Shown here piece after piece: positions 27,399-37,077 of a stretch of 64,000 nucleotides of DNA. The translations under genes were made by a program, and so were the position numbers. The stretch is from Nostoc sp. GTDB taxonomy: Bacteria; Cyanobacteriota; Cyanobacteriia; Cyanobacteriales; Nostocaceae. The stretch lies in the NCBI GenBank assembly GCA_036918135.1, contig JBALDB010000047.1, positions 1 through 64,000 on the forward strand. Direction: 5' to 3'. The notes below the pieces were generated by a model. It ran no database searches and was not told where the DNA came from. It saw nothing but the letters and a program-made list of their open reading frames with translations. Numbering within the stretch: position 1 is the stretch's first letter; each line of letters starts with the position of its first letter.

Positions 27399-28223
27399 AT
27401 GCGACGCGACTCCATCTTCTATAAATTGTTTAAACAATTTCCAGGATTGCTATTTGAATTAGTAGATCAACCACCCTCAGAAGCAGCAGAGTACCAGTTT
27501 GAATCGGTTGAGGTTAAAGAAACGGCCTTCCGAATTGATGGAGTGTTTTTACCTCCTGACAATGCAGTTTCTAAAATTGTTTTCTTTGCTGAAGTCCAGT
27601 TTCAGAAGGATGAAGATTTATATCACCGCTTCTTTAGCGAGTTGTTTTTGTTTCTCTACCGTCACTCAATTCGTTACGATGACTGGTTTGGAGTACTGAT
27701 TTTTCCTTCTCGCAGTCTGGAACCATCAAATGTAATGATTCACCGCGCTTTGTTGGAAAGCAGACAAGTCAGTCGGGTTTATCTCGATGAGTTGGGGGAT
27801 TTACGAGAACAACCTTTGGGATTGGGTTTGATGTTGCTAACAAATGTTACTTCTGAAACCGAAGCAGTGGAAGGGGCGCGGTTTTTGCTTGAACAAGCAC
27901 GACAACAGTCAGAGCAAGCGATAATTGATTTAGTGACAACGATTATTGTTTACAAGTTTTCTACCCTGAGTCGAGAGGAGATTGAAACGATGTTGAGACT
28001 GAATCAAGAAGAACCACGGGCTATTCGGGAAGCGAAGGAAGAAGGAGAAAGAATAATCGTTTTACGACTATTAAATCGGCGCGTGGGTAATATTCCTGAT
28101 GCGGTTCTGTCCCAGATTCAAGGGTTATCGGTGGAACAGTTAGAAGCTTTAGGTGATGCTTTGTTAGATTTCTCTACTCTTGCTGATTTGGAAGGATGGT
28201 TACAAGGTCAACCAGGAGGGTAG
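27399..28223 (+). CDS. Rpn-family (DUF2887) nuclease-like protein with C-terminal DUF4351
   Basis: MRRDSIFYKLF, SVEVKETAFRIDGVF, FAEVQFQKD; C-terminal LEALGDALLDFSTLADLEGWL. Confidence 0.9.
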   Translation: MRRDSIFYKLFKQFPGLLFELVDQPPSEAAEYQFESVEVKETAFRIDGVFLPPDNAVSKIVFFAEVQFQKDEDLYHRFFSELFLFLYRHSIRYDDWFGVLIFPSRSLEPSNVMIHRALLESRQVSRVYLDELGDLREQPLGLGLMLLTNVTSETEAVEGARFLLEQARQQSEQAIIDLVTTIIVYKFSTLSREEIETMLRLNQEEPRAIREAKEEGERIIVLRLLNRRVGNIPDAVLSQIQGLSVEQLEALGDALLDFSTLADLEGWLQGQPGG

Positions 28224-28275
28224 GTTTCACCCAGAGTGGCATAAAAGGAGAGCGATCGCACTCCGTAAAATAATT

Positions 28276-28480
28276 ATGGCTACGAATAAAGTTTCCTATA
28301 GTGAAGAAGCATTTGCAGAGACGCGGGTATGTCAGGAAGCGGTGGAAGAAGGAGTGCGATCGCTCGTCCTGCGACTGTTAAAACGGCTATTTGGTGAAAT
28401 TGCTGAGGAACGTTGGAAGCCTTAGCTTTGACGTTATTGGAATTGAGATTGCGATCACTGATTTGAAAGGGTAGTTACAA
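28276..28480 (+). pseudogene. Degenerate second DUF4351-type C-terminal cassette
   Basis: ETRVCQEAVEEGVRSLVLRLLKRLFGEI, then a deletion/frameshift, then LEALALTLLE...DLKG*LQ, matching the upstream Rpn tail. Confidence 0.65.
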
Positions 28481-28592
28481 AATTAAACAGTAGATTCATA
28501 CGTTAACTTTCTCGGTTTTCTGAATATCTTAAAGCTTCATATTTTCAGCAATAAGCTCTTGAGCGCGAGCTTGAAATTTAACAAATTATCGA

Positions 28593-29009
28593 TTGATTTT
28601 TCAGTCTCATATTTTCAACCGTGTAAAAGGCAAATTCAGCATTTTTCTTCCCACTATTAAAAACCTTCATGATACATCACAATTTTTAACAAAGAAAATT
28701 GAAGTGATTACACAGATACAAGTTTATGAGTTTGTTGTGTGGCATGTTCTTGCACTAATTCAATCTATCAATTTTGCAACAAGCAGTCTTACAGATAAGC
28801 AAAAGATGAATATCAAAGGATTTATAATAAACGAATCCGATAAAATAAGAGAAGGACTTCAATTCTCAAAAGTTATGGACAAGATTGCATTAAACATAAT
28901 AGATATAGTAGGACCAGTCTCAGAAATTACTCAAGAACCCCTTAGCTTATCAAGTATTTTGAATATTCTTGAACTATGGACAATACTTGAAAAAAAGCGA
29001 GATGAATAA
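28593..29009 (+). CDS. AT-rich orphan ORF
   Basis: 138-aa ORF with TTG start and no recognised motif. Confidence 0.3.
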   Translation: MIFQSHIFNRVKGKFSIFLPTIKNLHDTSQFLTKKIEVITQIQVYEFVVWHVLALIQSINFATSSLTDKQKMNIKGFIINESDKIREGLQFSKVMDKIALNIIDIVGPVSEITQEPLSLSSILNILELWTILEKKRDE

Positions 29010-29078
29010 TGTAATGTTTATATTCTCAACGTAAAGCTTAGATCCCAATTAGCTTAACTTTATGTATTAAATATACAT

Positions 29079-29465
29079 TCATTCATCTTCTGCCCATCTA
29101 AAATTTGGAAAATCAGGTGGTAATAATTTTGATTCATCAGGATATAAACTTTCATATTCTGCTTTAGAAAGCTTTTTATATCTTTCTCTGGAGTTATCTG
29201 AAAAAAACTCTTTTTTCAGTATTGAGAAATGTCTGCCAAGAGTTGGTATTGCTAAATACTGTTCATGAAAAAGTCCAACGATTATAACTTCAAAAGAGTT
29301 ACTAACAGGGGTTGTAAGACTACTACCCTCTAGACTATTTACTAGATATTTTTGACCAATTTGAAGATTATTATGTCCAGTAGTTGCAACTAAGGTAATA
29401 ATGGAGGGAGTTTCACCAAGTGAATCAATTGGTATATAAGGAAGAGGTAAGTATACTTCTTTCAT
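29079..29465 (-). CDS. Hypothetical protein (AT-rich)
   Basis: 128-aa ATG ORF with protein-like composition. Confidence 0.55.
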   Translation of the reverse strand: MKEVYLPLPYIPIDSLGETPSIITLVATTGHNNLQIGQKYLVNSLEGSSLTTPVSNSFEVIIVGLFHEQYLAIPTLGRHFSILKKEFFSDNSRERYKKLSKAEYESLYPDESKLLPPDFPNFRWAEDE

Positions 29466-29683
29466 ATTATTCTTAATTATTGAAATATAATTAGTCTTGA
29501 TAATTAAACACTACATACTTCATTATAGTCAAGTTATTTAGAGAAAATTGATCAAAAATGTACGCTAACATAATACTTGTGATTATCGATTATAACTGGT
29601 AATAATTGTGGTAAAGCCTTTTTAACTTTAACACCACAAGTAGATTATTTCATCTAGCTATTAAACAATACCTAACGGAATAG

Positions 29684-31444
29684 TTAAATTTCAATATCAA
29701 CGGTAAACTTCCTTAAATTATCTTGTCGCCACTTTGCATCAGCTTTGCGATTTGTCTGCAACTCCAAAACCCGAATACGTGTAGTTGGAAGCGGGTTTAA
29801 TTTTTGCTGTAACTGCTGCCAAGAAGTAATCAATTCATGCTGCACATTATAAGTAGCACATAACTGAGCAAAATCAATATCTTGGGGAGTGCCAAAAAAC
29901 TCTTCAAATGGTGGTTCAAATTTGGCGATGGGTAACATTTCAAAAATTCCACCGCCATTATTGTTGATTAACACAATCGTGAGATGCCCAATAAATTTAT
30001 TGCGGATTAAAAAACCGTTGGTGTCATGCAACAAAGCTAAATCTCCTGTTAACATCACACTACTTTGCTGGCGATGGGCAATTCCTAAAGCTGTGGATAA
30101 TGTGCCATCAATACCATTTGCACCCCGGTTAAAGTACGATCGCACTCTTAAATTATTCGGTTTCCAGAAATATTCCACATCCCGCACAGGCATACTATTG
30201 GCAATAAACAGAGCCGTTCTTGGCGGTAAAATCTGAGAAATTAACCAAGCTGCTTTACTCTCAATTATTTCATCTATTTTCGCCATCGTCTGGTCAACAA
30301 CTAACCTGACTTTAGCTTCCGCATTACACCATTGCTGCAAATAGTCTGATGAGAAAGATAAATTTCTCTCCTCTGCCTTTACGTCTTCTACAGATATCCG
30401 TAAATGTGTTGTCTTCCCGTGCAAAGGGTCGAGGTTTTGGTCACTCTTGTCAATTATCCAGCGTTGTGGCTGGGTTGCATCTATCCAGGTACGCAGTTCT
30501 TTACTTGTAGGCATTTCACCAACCTGAATCACCATTTTAGGTGCTAGCTGTTTGGCTAATTGTTGATTTCGTAAAATTAGGTCATAAGTAGAAATCAAAT
30601 AAGGGTTGAGTTCGGCATAATTTCTCACTGGGGAGAGTCCCTCAGCTAGCACGGGCCATTTGAGAGTTTGGGAAAGTTGGGCGATCGCCTGACAATACTC
30701 CTGTGGTTGCTGCGGTTGGGCTACACCTGCAATAATAATGCCGCGATCGCATTGTTTCCATTGTTGGGGAATAAGGAATCGGGCATGGGGCATGGAGAAT
30801 GAAGTGGTGCTTGTTATTTGTGCGAAAAAGTCTTCTGGGTGAAACTGTGATTGCAAATAGCTCAAGTCAGTTCCATCAGGAAGAGGCGCTAAGGGATCGC
30901 GAAAGGGAATATTCAGATGTACTGGGCCTTTTGTAGGAATTTGCGCTCTTTCCCAGCTATAAATTACTATTTGCCGCAGGTAAGCCAACATTCCCATCTC
31001 AGCAGAGGGCAAGGCTAACTCGGCTTGCCAATTTGGGTAGTTACTATATAATCTCAACTGGTCTATGGTTTGCCCAGAGTGACAATCTTGCAATTCTGGC
31101 GGTCTATCGCTCGTTAAAATCAACAGTGGTACGCGGCTATATGCAGCTTCAATTACTGCTGGATAAAAGTTCGCTCCTGCTGTACCAGAGGTGCAAACAA
31201 CTACCACAGGGCGTCCGGTTGCTTTAGCTTGTCCTAAGGCAAAAAAGGCGGCGGAGCGTTCGTCAAGCACGGAAATTGCTTCAATCTCAGGTGCTTGTTG
31301 AGCAAAGGCCACTGCTAGCGGTGTAGAACGCGAACCAGGACAAATGATGGCACAAGTCAATCCCAGCTGCTTTAGGGTCTCTGTTAAGATATAAGCCCAA
31401 AGTTGATTAATATTTTTAAAGGCGATCGGCATCAAATCAAACAT
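29684..31444 (-). CDS. menD: SEPHCHC synthase (ThDP-dependent)
   Basis: CPGSRSTPL, DERSAAFFALG, NRGANGIDG, GDLALLHD, NNNGGGIF. Confidence 0.96.
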   Translation of the reverse strand: MFDLMPIAFKNINQLWAYILTETLKQLGLTCAIICPGSRSTPLAVAFAQQAPEIEAISVLDERSAAFFALGQAKATGRPVVVVCTSGTAGANFYPAVIEAAYSRVPLLILTSDRPPELQDCHSGQTIDQLRLYSNYPNWQAELALPSAEMGMLAYLRQIVIYSWERAQIPTKGPVHLNIPFRDPLAPLPDGTDLSYLQSQFHPEDFFAQITSTTSFSMPHARFLIPQQWKQCDRGIIIAGVAQPQQPQEYCQAIAQLSQTLKWPVLAEGLSPVRNYAELNPYLISTYDLILRNQQLAKQLAPKMVIQVGEMPTSKELRTWIDATQPQRWIIDKSDQNLDPLHGKTTHLRISVEDVKAEERNLSFSSDYLQQWCNAEAKVRLVVDQTMAKIDEIIESKAAWLISQILPPRTALFIANSMPVRDVEYFWKPNNLRVRSYFNRGANGIDGTLSTALGIAHRQQSSVMLTGDLALLHDTNGFLIRNKFIGHLTIVLINNNGGGIFEMLPIAKFEPPFEEFFGTPQDIDFAQLCATYNVQHELITSWQQLQQKLNPLPTTRIRVLELQTNRKADAKWRQDNLRKFTVDIEI

Positions 31445-31758
31445 AGCTATAAAACAATCTTAAATTTTAGATTTTATTTAGGGAAATTCAATTTAAAATC
31501 CGTCTGGGAAAGTTGGACAAGCAAAAGTCTAAGGCTCGGTTTTTGACCTTTGGAGGTTCAAAAGCAGCTTTTCTTGAGGGTGGGTTGCAAGTTCATCCTC
31601 GCATTTGTAAGGATAGAAACCGACACTGCCAGGCAAGTTTGTTGGCAATAAAATTTCCAGACAGACTAGCTTGACGCCAGTTGATTCAACTTGGGGAAAG
31701 TCCATAACGCAGTGACTAGACTTTCTACAATATGCACACAATTTGTTCTCAAATTTTT

Positions 31759-32127
31759 ATGGATTGCATTTATTTAACAGGAATTCGCTGCTATGGCTAC
31801 ACTGGGTATCTGCCAGAAGAACAGGTGCTAGGACAATGGTTTGAGGTGGATGTGAGGTTATGGTTGGATATCTCCACAGCTGCTAAGACTGACGCGATCG
31901 AAGACACTTTAGATTATCGCAGCGTTATTAGTTTGATACAACATTTGGTCAAAACTTCTAAGTTCGCTTTGATAGAGAAGCTAGTAACAACGCTCGCAGA
32001 TTCTATCCTCCAACAGTACGATCGCATAACACAAGTTCAAGTCAGTCTCAGCAAACCTAGCGCACCAATTCCAGACTTTGGGGGCAAAATTACCATTGAA
32101 CTGACTAAAAGTAAGTCCAATCTCTAA
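31759..32127 (+). CDS. folB: Dihydroneopterin aldolase; ATG start at 31759
   Basis: GYLPEEQVLGQWFEVD, TLDY, LIEKL, KPSAPI. Confidence 0.93.
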   Translation: MDCIYLTGIRCYGYTGYLPEEQVLGQWFEVDVRLWLDISTAAKTDAIEDTLDYRSVISLIQHLVKTSKFALIEKLVTTLADSILQQYDRITQVQVSLSKPSAPIPDFGGKITIELTKSKSNL

Positions 32128-32745
32128 ACCACAAAGTGTGTTTTCGCGATCGAGATTTATAAATTAGCAAAAATAGGGGTTTAGCTGGAGCAGGGAAATA
32201 TCTAACAAAGAAAATTTTTCCTCCCATTTATTCCCCCAAACCGCATTCGTTCTCAAAAACCTAAAACAAAATTGAGCGCAGTATAAAGCCGAGGCAATTT
32301 TAAATCCTTTTGAATCCCAATCTTAAATCATTCATGTTTTAATTCTCATTCCTGACTGCTTAAAAGTTAATATTCCCTAACTCAACTTCAGAAGGAGAAA
32401 ATCAGAAATTAATGTCTTATGAATTTATCAAATTTTATTCTTGATTAATTTTTAGATAAATACTATACTATTTGTTTATCATTTTTTTCTAGATAATTAT
32501 TCCATATTTCTGAAGAACAATTTTTGATTATTGCTAATTGAGATTTAACATAAATCGTAGCTTGATATTAGCTGTATTTTCTAGTCAAATTAGCCTTAGG
32601 AAGCACAGAAATTATTGCAGGTAAATAACATGTTGTCTGCTATTTAGCTAGGTATTGAGAGATTGTTTATGATATGATTATCGAATTTTAGATCGAGTTG
32701 ATAGTAACAACAAAATCTCAACCTTAGCAAACAGGCTATTGTAAC

Positions 32746-34023
32746 ATGCTCGCCCGCAAAATCCTAGTTGTTGAGGATGAAAAAACCCAAGCCTCAAATA
32801 TCAGAAAAAGCTTACAAAAATTAGGCTATTCTGTTTCAGATATAACTGAGTCTGGTGAAGAAGCTATAAAAAAGGTAGCAGAAACTCATCCAAGTTTAGT
32901 ATTAATTGATATCTGCCTAGCTGTGGAAATTAACGGTATGCAACTTGCAGATATTATCCAGAATAATTTTCATGTGCCTGTAGTCTATCTCATAGACCGT
33001 TATGAATATAAAATATTACAAAAAAGTCAGCTAAGTGAGCCTTTTACCTACATATTCAAACCACTTATTGAGAGTGATTTACATTTTGTAATTGAAATGG
33101 CTCTGCATAAACATCAGAGTGAAAAGAGATTACAGGAAGAAAAACAGAGGCTGACAGCAATTATTAACAGTATGGGTCGTGGCGTAATTGTGACATATGC
33201 AAATGGTCGTATTCAAATGATGAATCCAATAGCAGAAATTCTTACTGGATGGAAACAAAGCGAAGCCTTCGGTAAAAATTTACTAGAAGTTGTCAGCTTA
33301 GTTGACAAAGATATAGGAGAAGCAATTGAAATAGTCACACCTGTAATCGAAGCAGGTGAAGTTTTCAATCTACCAGAAAATTGTACGCTAATTAACAAAG
33401 ATGGAAAAGAAATACCGATTGGGGATAATGTTGCACCTATCCGCGATCGCAATGGCAATATTACTGGTGCAGTTTTAGTTTTTCAAGACATTACCCAACG
33501 TAAGCAGACAGAAGCAAAACTGATCCGTAATGCATTTTATGATGGACTAACAGAATTACCGAATCGTGTTTTATTTCTAGACCGACTCCGACAAGCTATT
33601 GAACGCGGTAAACGTAAAAGCGATTATTATTTTGGAGTTTTGTTTTTGGATTTAGATAACTTCAAAGAGATTAACGATCGCTTTGGGCATGGAGTAGGGG
33701 ATGATTTTTTAAAAGCGATCGCTAGACGTTTAGAGTCATGCTTACGCAGTGGCGATACTGTAGCACGGTTTGGTGGTGATGAGTTTACCGTTCTTTTAGA
33801 GGATATTAAAGATGTTAATGACGCTACTAATGTTGCCAAACGTATTCAAGACTCCTTAAGATTACCCCTTAGCCTCAATGGAAATCAATTATATACTACA
33901 GCCAGCATTGGTATTGCTTGGAATTGTAGTAATTATGAAGAACCTGCAACTCTGCTACAAGATGCTGATGTTGCTATGTATCGAGCTAAGCGACAAGGAA
34001 AAGCTACTTACGCAATATTTTAG
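32746..34023 (+). CDS. REC-PAS-GGDEF diguanylate cyclase
   Basis: ILVVEDE receiver; PAS with VFQDITQRK; DLDNFKEINDRFGH..GD, RFGGDEF. Confidence 0.92.
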   Translation: MLARKILVVEDEKTQASNIRKSLQKLGYSVSDITESGEEAIKKVAETHPSLVLIDICLAVEINGMQLADIIQNNFHVPVVYLIDRYEYKILQKSQLSEPFTYIFKPLIESDLHFVIEMALHKHQSEKRLQEEKQRLTAIINSMGRGVIVTYANGRIQMMNPIAEILTGWKQSEAFGKNLLEVVSLVDKDIGEAIEIVTPVIEAGEVFNLPENCTLINKDGKEIPIGDNVAPIRDRNGNITGAVLVFQDITQRKQTEAKLIRNAFYDGLTELPNRVLFLDRLRQAIERGKRKSDYYFGVLFLDLDNFKEINDRFGHGVGDDFLKAIARRLESCLRSGDTVARFGGDEFTVLLEDIKDVNDATNVAKRIQDSLRLPLSLNGNQLYTTASIGIAWNCSNYEEPATLLQDADVAMYRAKRQGKATYAIF

Positions 34024-34138
34024 TAATCTACAATAATTCTTTTGGGATCGATACGCTTGGTATTAGTCTCAAAAATCATAAACTGGGAAGGTGAGTTTAA
34101 CTAACACATCTGGGGAGCATCCCAATTTAAAATCTGTC

Positions 34139-34696
34139 ATGGAAAAAACCGAAAAACAGAAAATGCTCGCAGGCGAGTTATATTTTGCAGAAGATCCCGA
34201 ATTAGCTGCCGAAAATAAGCGAGCTAGTCGTTTGTTGCAAAAGTACAATTCTACAACTGAAGAACAGCAACAACGACACCAAATTTTGCAGGAATTATTC
34301 GGAAAAATTGGTCATAAAATAACAGTTATACCACCTTTTCACTGTGACTATGGCAGTAATATTTTCGCTGGCGATAGATTATATTTAAATTATGGGTGTG
34401 TAATTTTAGACTGTAATATAGTTCAGATTGGCGATAGTGTCTTATGCGCTCCTTACGTACAAATTTATACTGCTTATCACCCTACAGAGCCGGAACTTCG
34501 CCTTACTGGTAGAGAACTAGCAGCTCCAATTAAAATTGGTAATAATGTCTGGATTGGTGGTAGTGCAATTATTTGTCCAGGTGTAACTATTGGTGATAAC
34601 ACAACCATTGGTGCTGGAAGTGTAGTTACTAAAGATATACCTGAAAATGTTATTGCTGCTGGCAATCCTTGTCGCGTGATTCGGAATTTATCCTAG
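34139..34696 (+). CDS. maa: Maltose/sugar O-acetyltransferase (hexapeptide repeat); ATG start at 34139
   Basis: EKQKMLAGELY, PPFHCDYGSNI, IGNNVWIGG, GNPCRVIR. Confidence 0.9.
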   Translation: MEKTEKQKMLAGELYFAEDPELAAENKRASRLLQKYNSTTEEQQQRHQILQELFGKIGHKITVIPPFHCDYGSNIFAGDRLYLNYGCVILDCNIVQIGDSVLCAPYVQIYTAYHPTEPELRLTGRELAAPIKIGNNVWIGGSAIICPGVTIGDNTTIGAGSVVTKDIPENVIAAGNPCRVIRNLS

Positions 34697-34699
34697 AAT

Positions 34700-35083
34700 T
34701 TAAAATTTATACCCTCTAGCAATCCAATAGAGCCAATCTGCGATCGCTTCTTGAGTTTCAGTGTCAGCATCAATGGCTACTATTTCCGATAACTTGGCAG
34801 AATACACATCATCATCTTTACCATTAACATCAGCCACTTCAACAAACATGTCTTTTAAGCACTCATCATCAGGTGCCATTCCTAGTACTTCAACTTGTTT
34901 TTCCTCCGGCGTCGTAGCTGATTTGCGCCCCTTCTTAGTCCATTTAGCCATAAATGGAAAATTCAGAGTTTCTTCTAGATAGTAGTACCAACCCATAGCC
35001 CGGTCTTCTTTGTCTTCGGCATCTACAACGATCTCTGTTTGAATGCGATGCTCTCGTTTTTCGTCAGGTTCAACACTAGGCAT
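34700..35083 (-). CDS. ccbP: Cyanobacterial calcium-binding protein CcbP; ATG start at 35083
   Basis: REHRIQTEIVVDAEDKEDRAMGWYYYL...TQEAIADWLYWIARGYKF. Confidence 0.92.
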   Translation of the reverse strand: MPSVEPDEKREHRIQTEIVVDAEDKEDRAMGWYYYLEETLNFPFMAKWTKKGRKSATTPEEKQVEVLGMAPDDECLKDMFVEVADVNGKDDDVYSAKLSEIVAIDADTETQEAIADWLYWIARGYKF

Positions 35084-35210
35084 AAAACAACGGTTTGCGT
35101 ATGATGCACTATATGGTATATCCTTTTGGCGACTGTCTGTCAATTATTCTAATTGATACTTCCATCCAAAAAAGGCGGTAGCGGGTGTGGGTAAGGATTT
35201 AGCAATGCTG

Positions 35211-35298
35211 AGGGAACGCTAAGAAATAAATTATCCTGTTTGAAGTTGCTGACTGATGACTGGGAACAGTGAGATATTTTTTTATTTGTCAGTCCCTA
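35211..35298. mobile_element. MITE family A copy 3, followed by a small dispersed repeat (35341-35436)
   Basis: agggaacgctaagaaataaattatcc...ttttatttgtcagtccct; gagtcagttgctaccc...cactggct resembles the 21103 insert. Confidence 0.7.
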
Positions 35299-36393
35299 AA
35301 ATTATTAAAAAATCCATTTCATCTGACTTTTGACTTTCAAGAGTCAGTTGCTACCCTCAGAGAACGCTAAAGCCCAACAAGTCGGCTCAAGTCAAGAAAT
35401 GCACCTACGGTGCTGTCTTTCCAATACACTGGCTGCTTTTTACTTCTGTCTTAGAGTACTAGTAGTGGGTATGGTAATCAACTGTTAGACATCGTTTCAT
35501 TTCTTAACCTAAACTTCTCAATAAATTAAAGATAAAACTTATTTTTAATTACATTACAATCGGAGGCTGAGAGCTAAGTAATAGTAAGTCGGTATTATTA
35601 AACGTAACTATATTTTTATAATTTTCTAGAGCTTAAAGGCTTAGTATCAACCTTGATGCTTAATTATCAAAAGTGGTGTTTGTTTTTAACCTGATAACTA
35701 ATTTTAGATTTTTATCTATATACATTAATAAATGTTATTAAATTGATGGTTGCTTCATTTAAACTTTAAAATTAACATTATTTTGCCGATCGCAGGCTAA
35801 TTTATCAGCAGCGATCCCCAACTTTTAAGATAAAGTTGGTAATTTAATCAGAGAATTAAAAAAATATGGTAGTGTATAAAAAGAATTGGAAAGTATCTAT
35901 AAATGTTGATGCAAACTCATCGTAAAATTGACTCACCCATTTGATAAGCAGCTATTTAAATGCTTATCTAAATTGTTTATTATCTAGAAATATTTAGAAT
36001 TTTAAATCGGTGAATTTATAGGACTTAGAGACCCCAACTTCATAATTTTAATAAAATTAAACAGGCGTAATACTCTCAAAATTATAGGGATTCTGACTCT
36101 TTGAACTTCTGAGCGGCGGCTTCCACCACTCAGAGTTATTTCTAAATTATGACGCTTTTTTAATGTGTGATTAAATTAATAATCAAGTTTGATTCTATTT
36201 TCAAAGAATAAATTTGATTGCTAATTCAAGATGAAATAAATTTGATAAATCTGATAAATGAAGAGAATAAAGAAAAATCTCAAAATACAGACAATATCTG
36301 AAAAAAACCAAATATAATCTAAATTTACAGAAAATTTTTCAACACAAAATGGTTGAATTATTTGAAAGCAAACACATAAAATCAGGAGGATCT

Positions 36394-37077
36394 ATGCGTT
36401 TTTCTCACCTTGCAGCAATCATTGGTTGTACGACAGCAGCTTTTATATCGATTGCACCTATACAAGTAGAAGCTGCAACTTTTAAAATAGAATCTGGAGT
36501 CACCAGCATCGATCGCGACCATGAAGATATTCTCAAAAGTATCGGGCTAATCATCACAGACACTGAGAATACAGTCCCACCAATTCCTAGCAATTATTTA
36601 GTTGGCTTGCCAATCGATTCAGATACCAATTTCACCTTCAGCGACGAAGGTGGTTTTACTCCACTCTTTGGCTCAATCGAGCATACTGGCACTATTACCT
36701 TCAACGACCAAATGACTGTTGGTAACTTTTCAATTGGTTTTGCTCCCGGACGCACAGTCCCCAATGCCAGCGGACTTGTTTTAAGAGACACAGTTTCTCC
36801 CCTTAATCCGATTTTGTTTGACTTAGGCGCTCCGCAATCTGTGACATTTGATAAAGAGAATTTAACTTTAACTCTGGCTGATGTTCAATTGTTTATTTCT
36901 CCAGAGTTTGCTCAGGGACTTGGCAAGTCTAATTTGGCAGGTTTGTTTGCTGGAACTGCACGAATTGATGCTAAAGTTGCTGCCGTACCCGAACCTGGAA
37001 GTGCCTTAGCAACTTTAGCGGCGGGTGCGGCTCTGTTAGCAGCGAGATTTTGTACTCAAAAAACTAAATACATTTGA
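36394..37077 (+). CDS. PEP-CTERM sorting-domain secreted protein; ATG start at 36394
   Basis: aggagga RBS; signal peptide ending VEA; C-terminal VPEP + TM + basic tail. Confidence 0.88.
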   Translation: MRFSHLAAIIGCTTAAFISIAPIQVEAATFKIESGVTSIDRDHEDILKSIGLIITDTENTVPPIPSNYLVGLPIDSDTNFTFSDEGGFTPLFGSIEHTGTITFNDQMTVGNFSIGFAPGRTVPNASGLVLRDTVSPLNPILFDLGAPQSVTFDKENLTLTLADVQLFISPEFAQGLGKSNLAGLFAGTARIDAKVAAVPEPGSALATLAAGAALLAARFCTQKTKYI

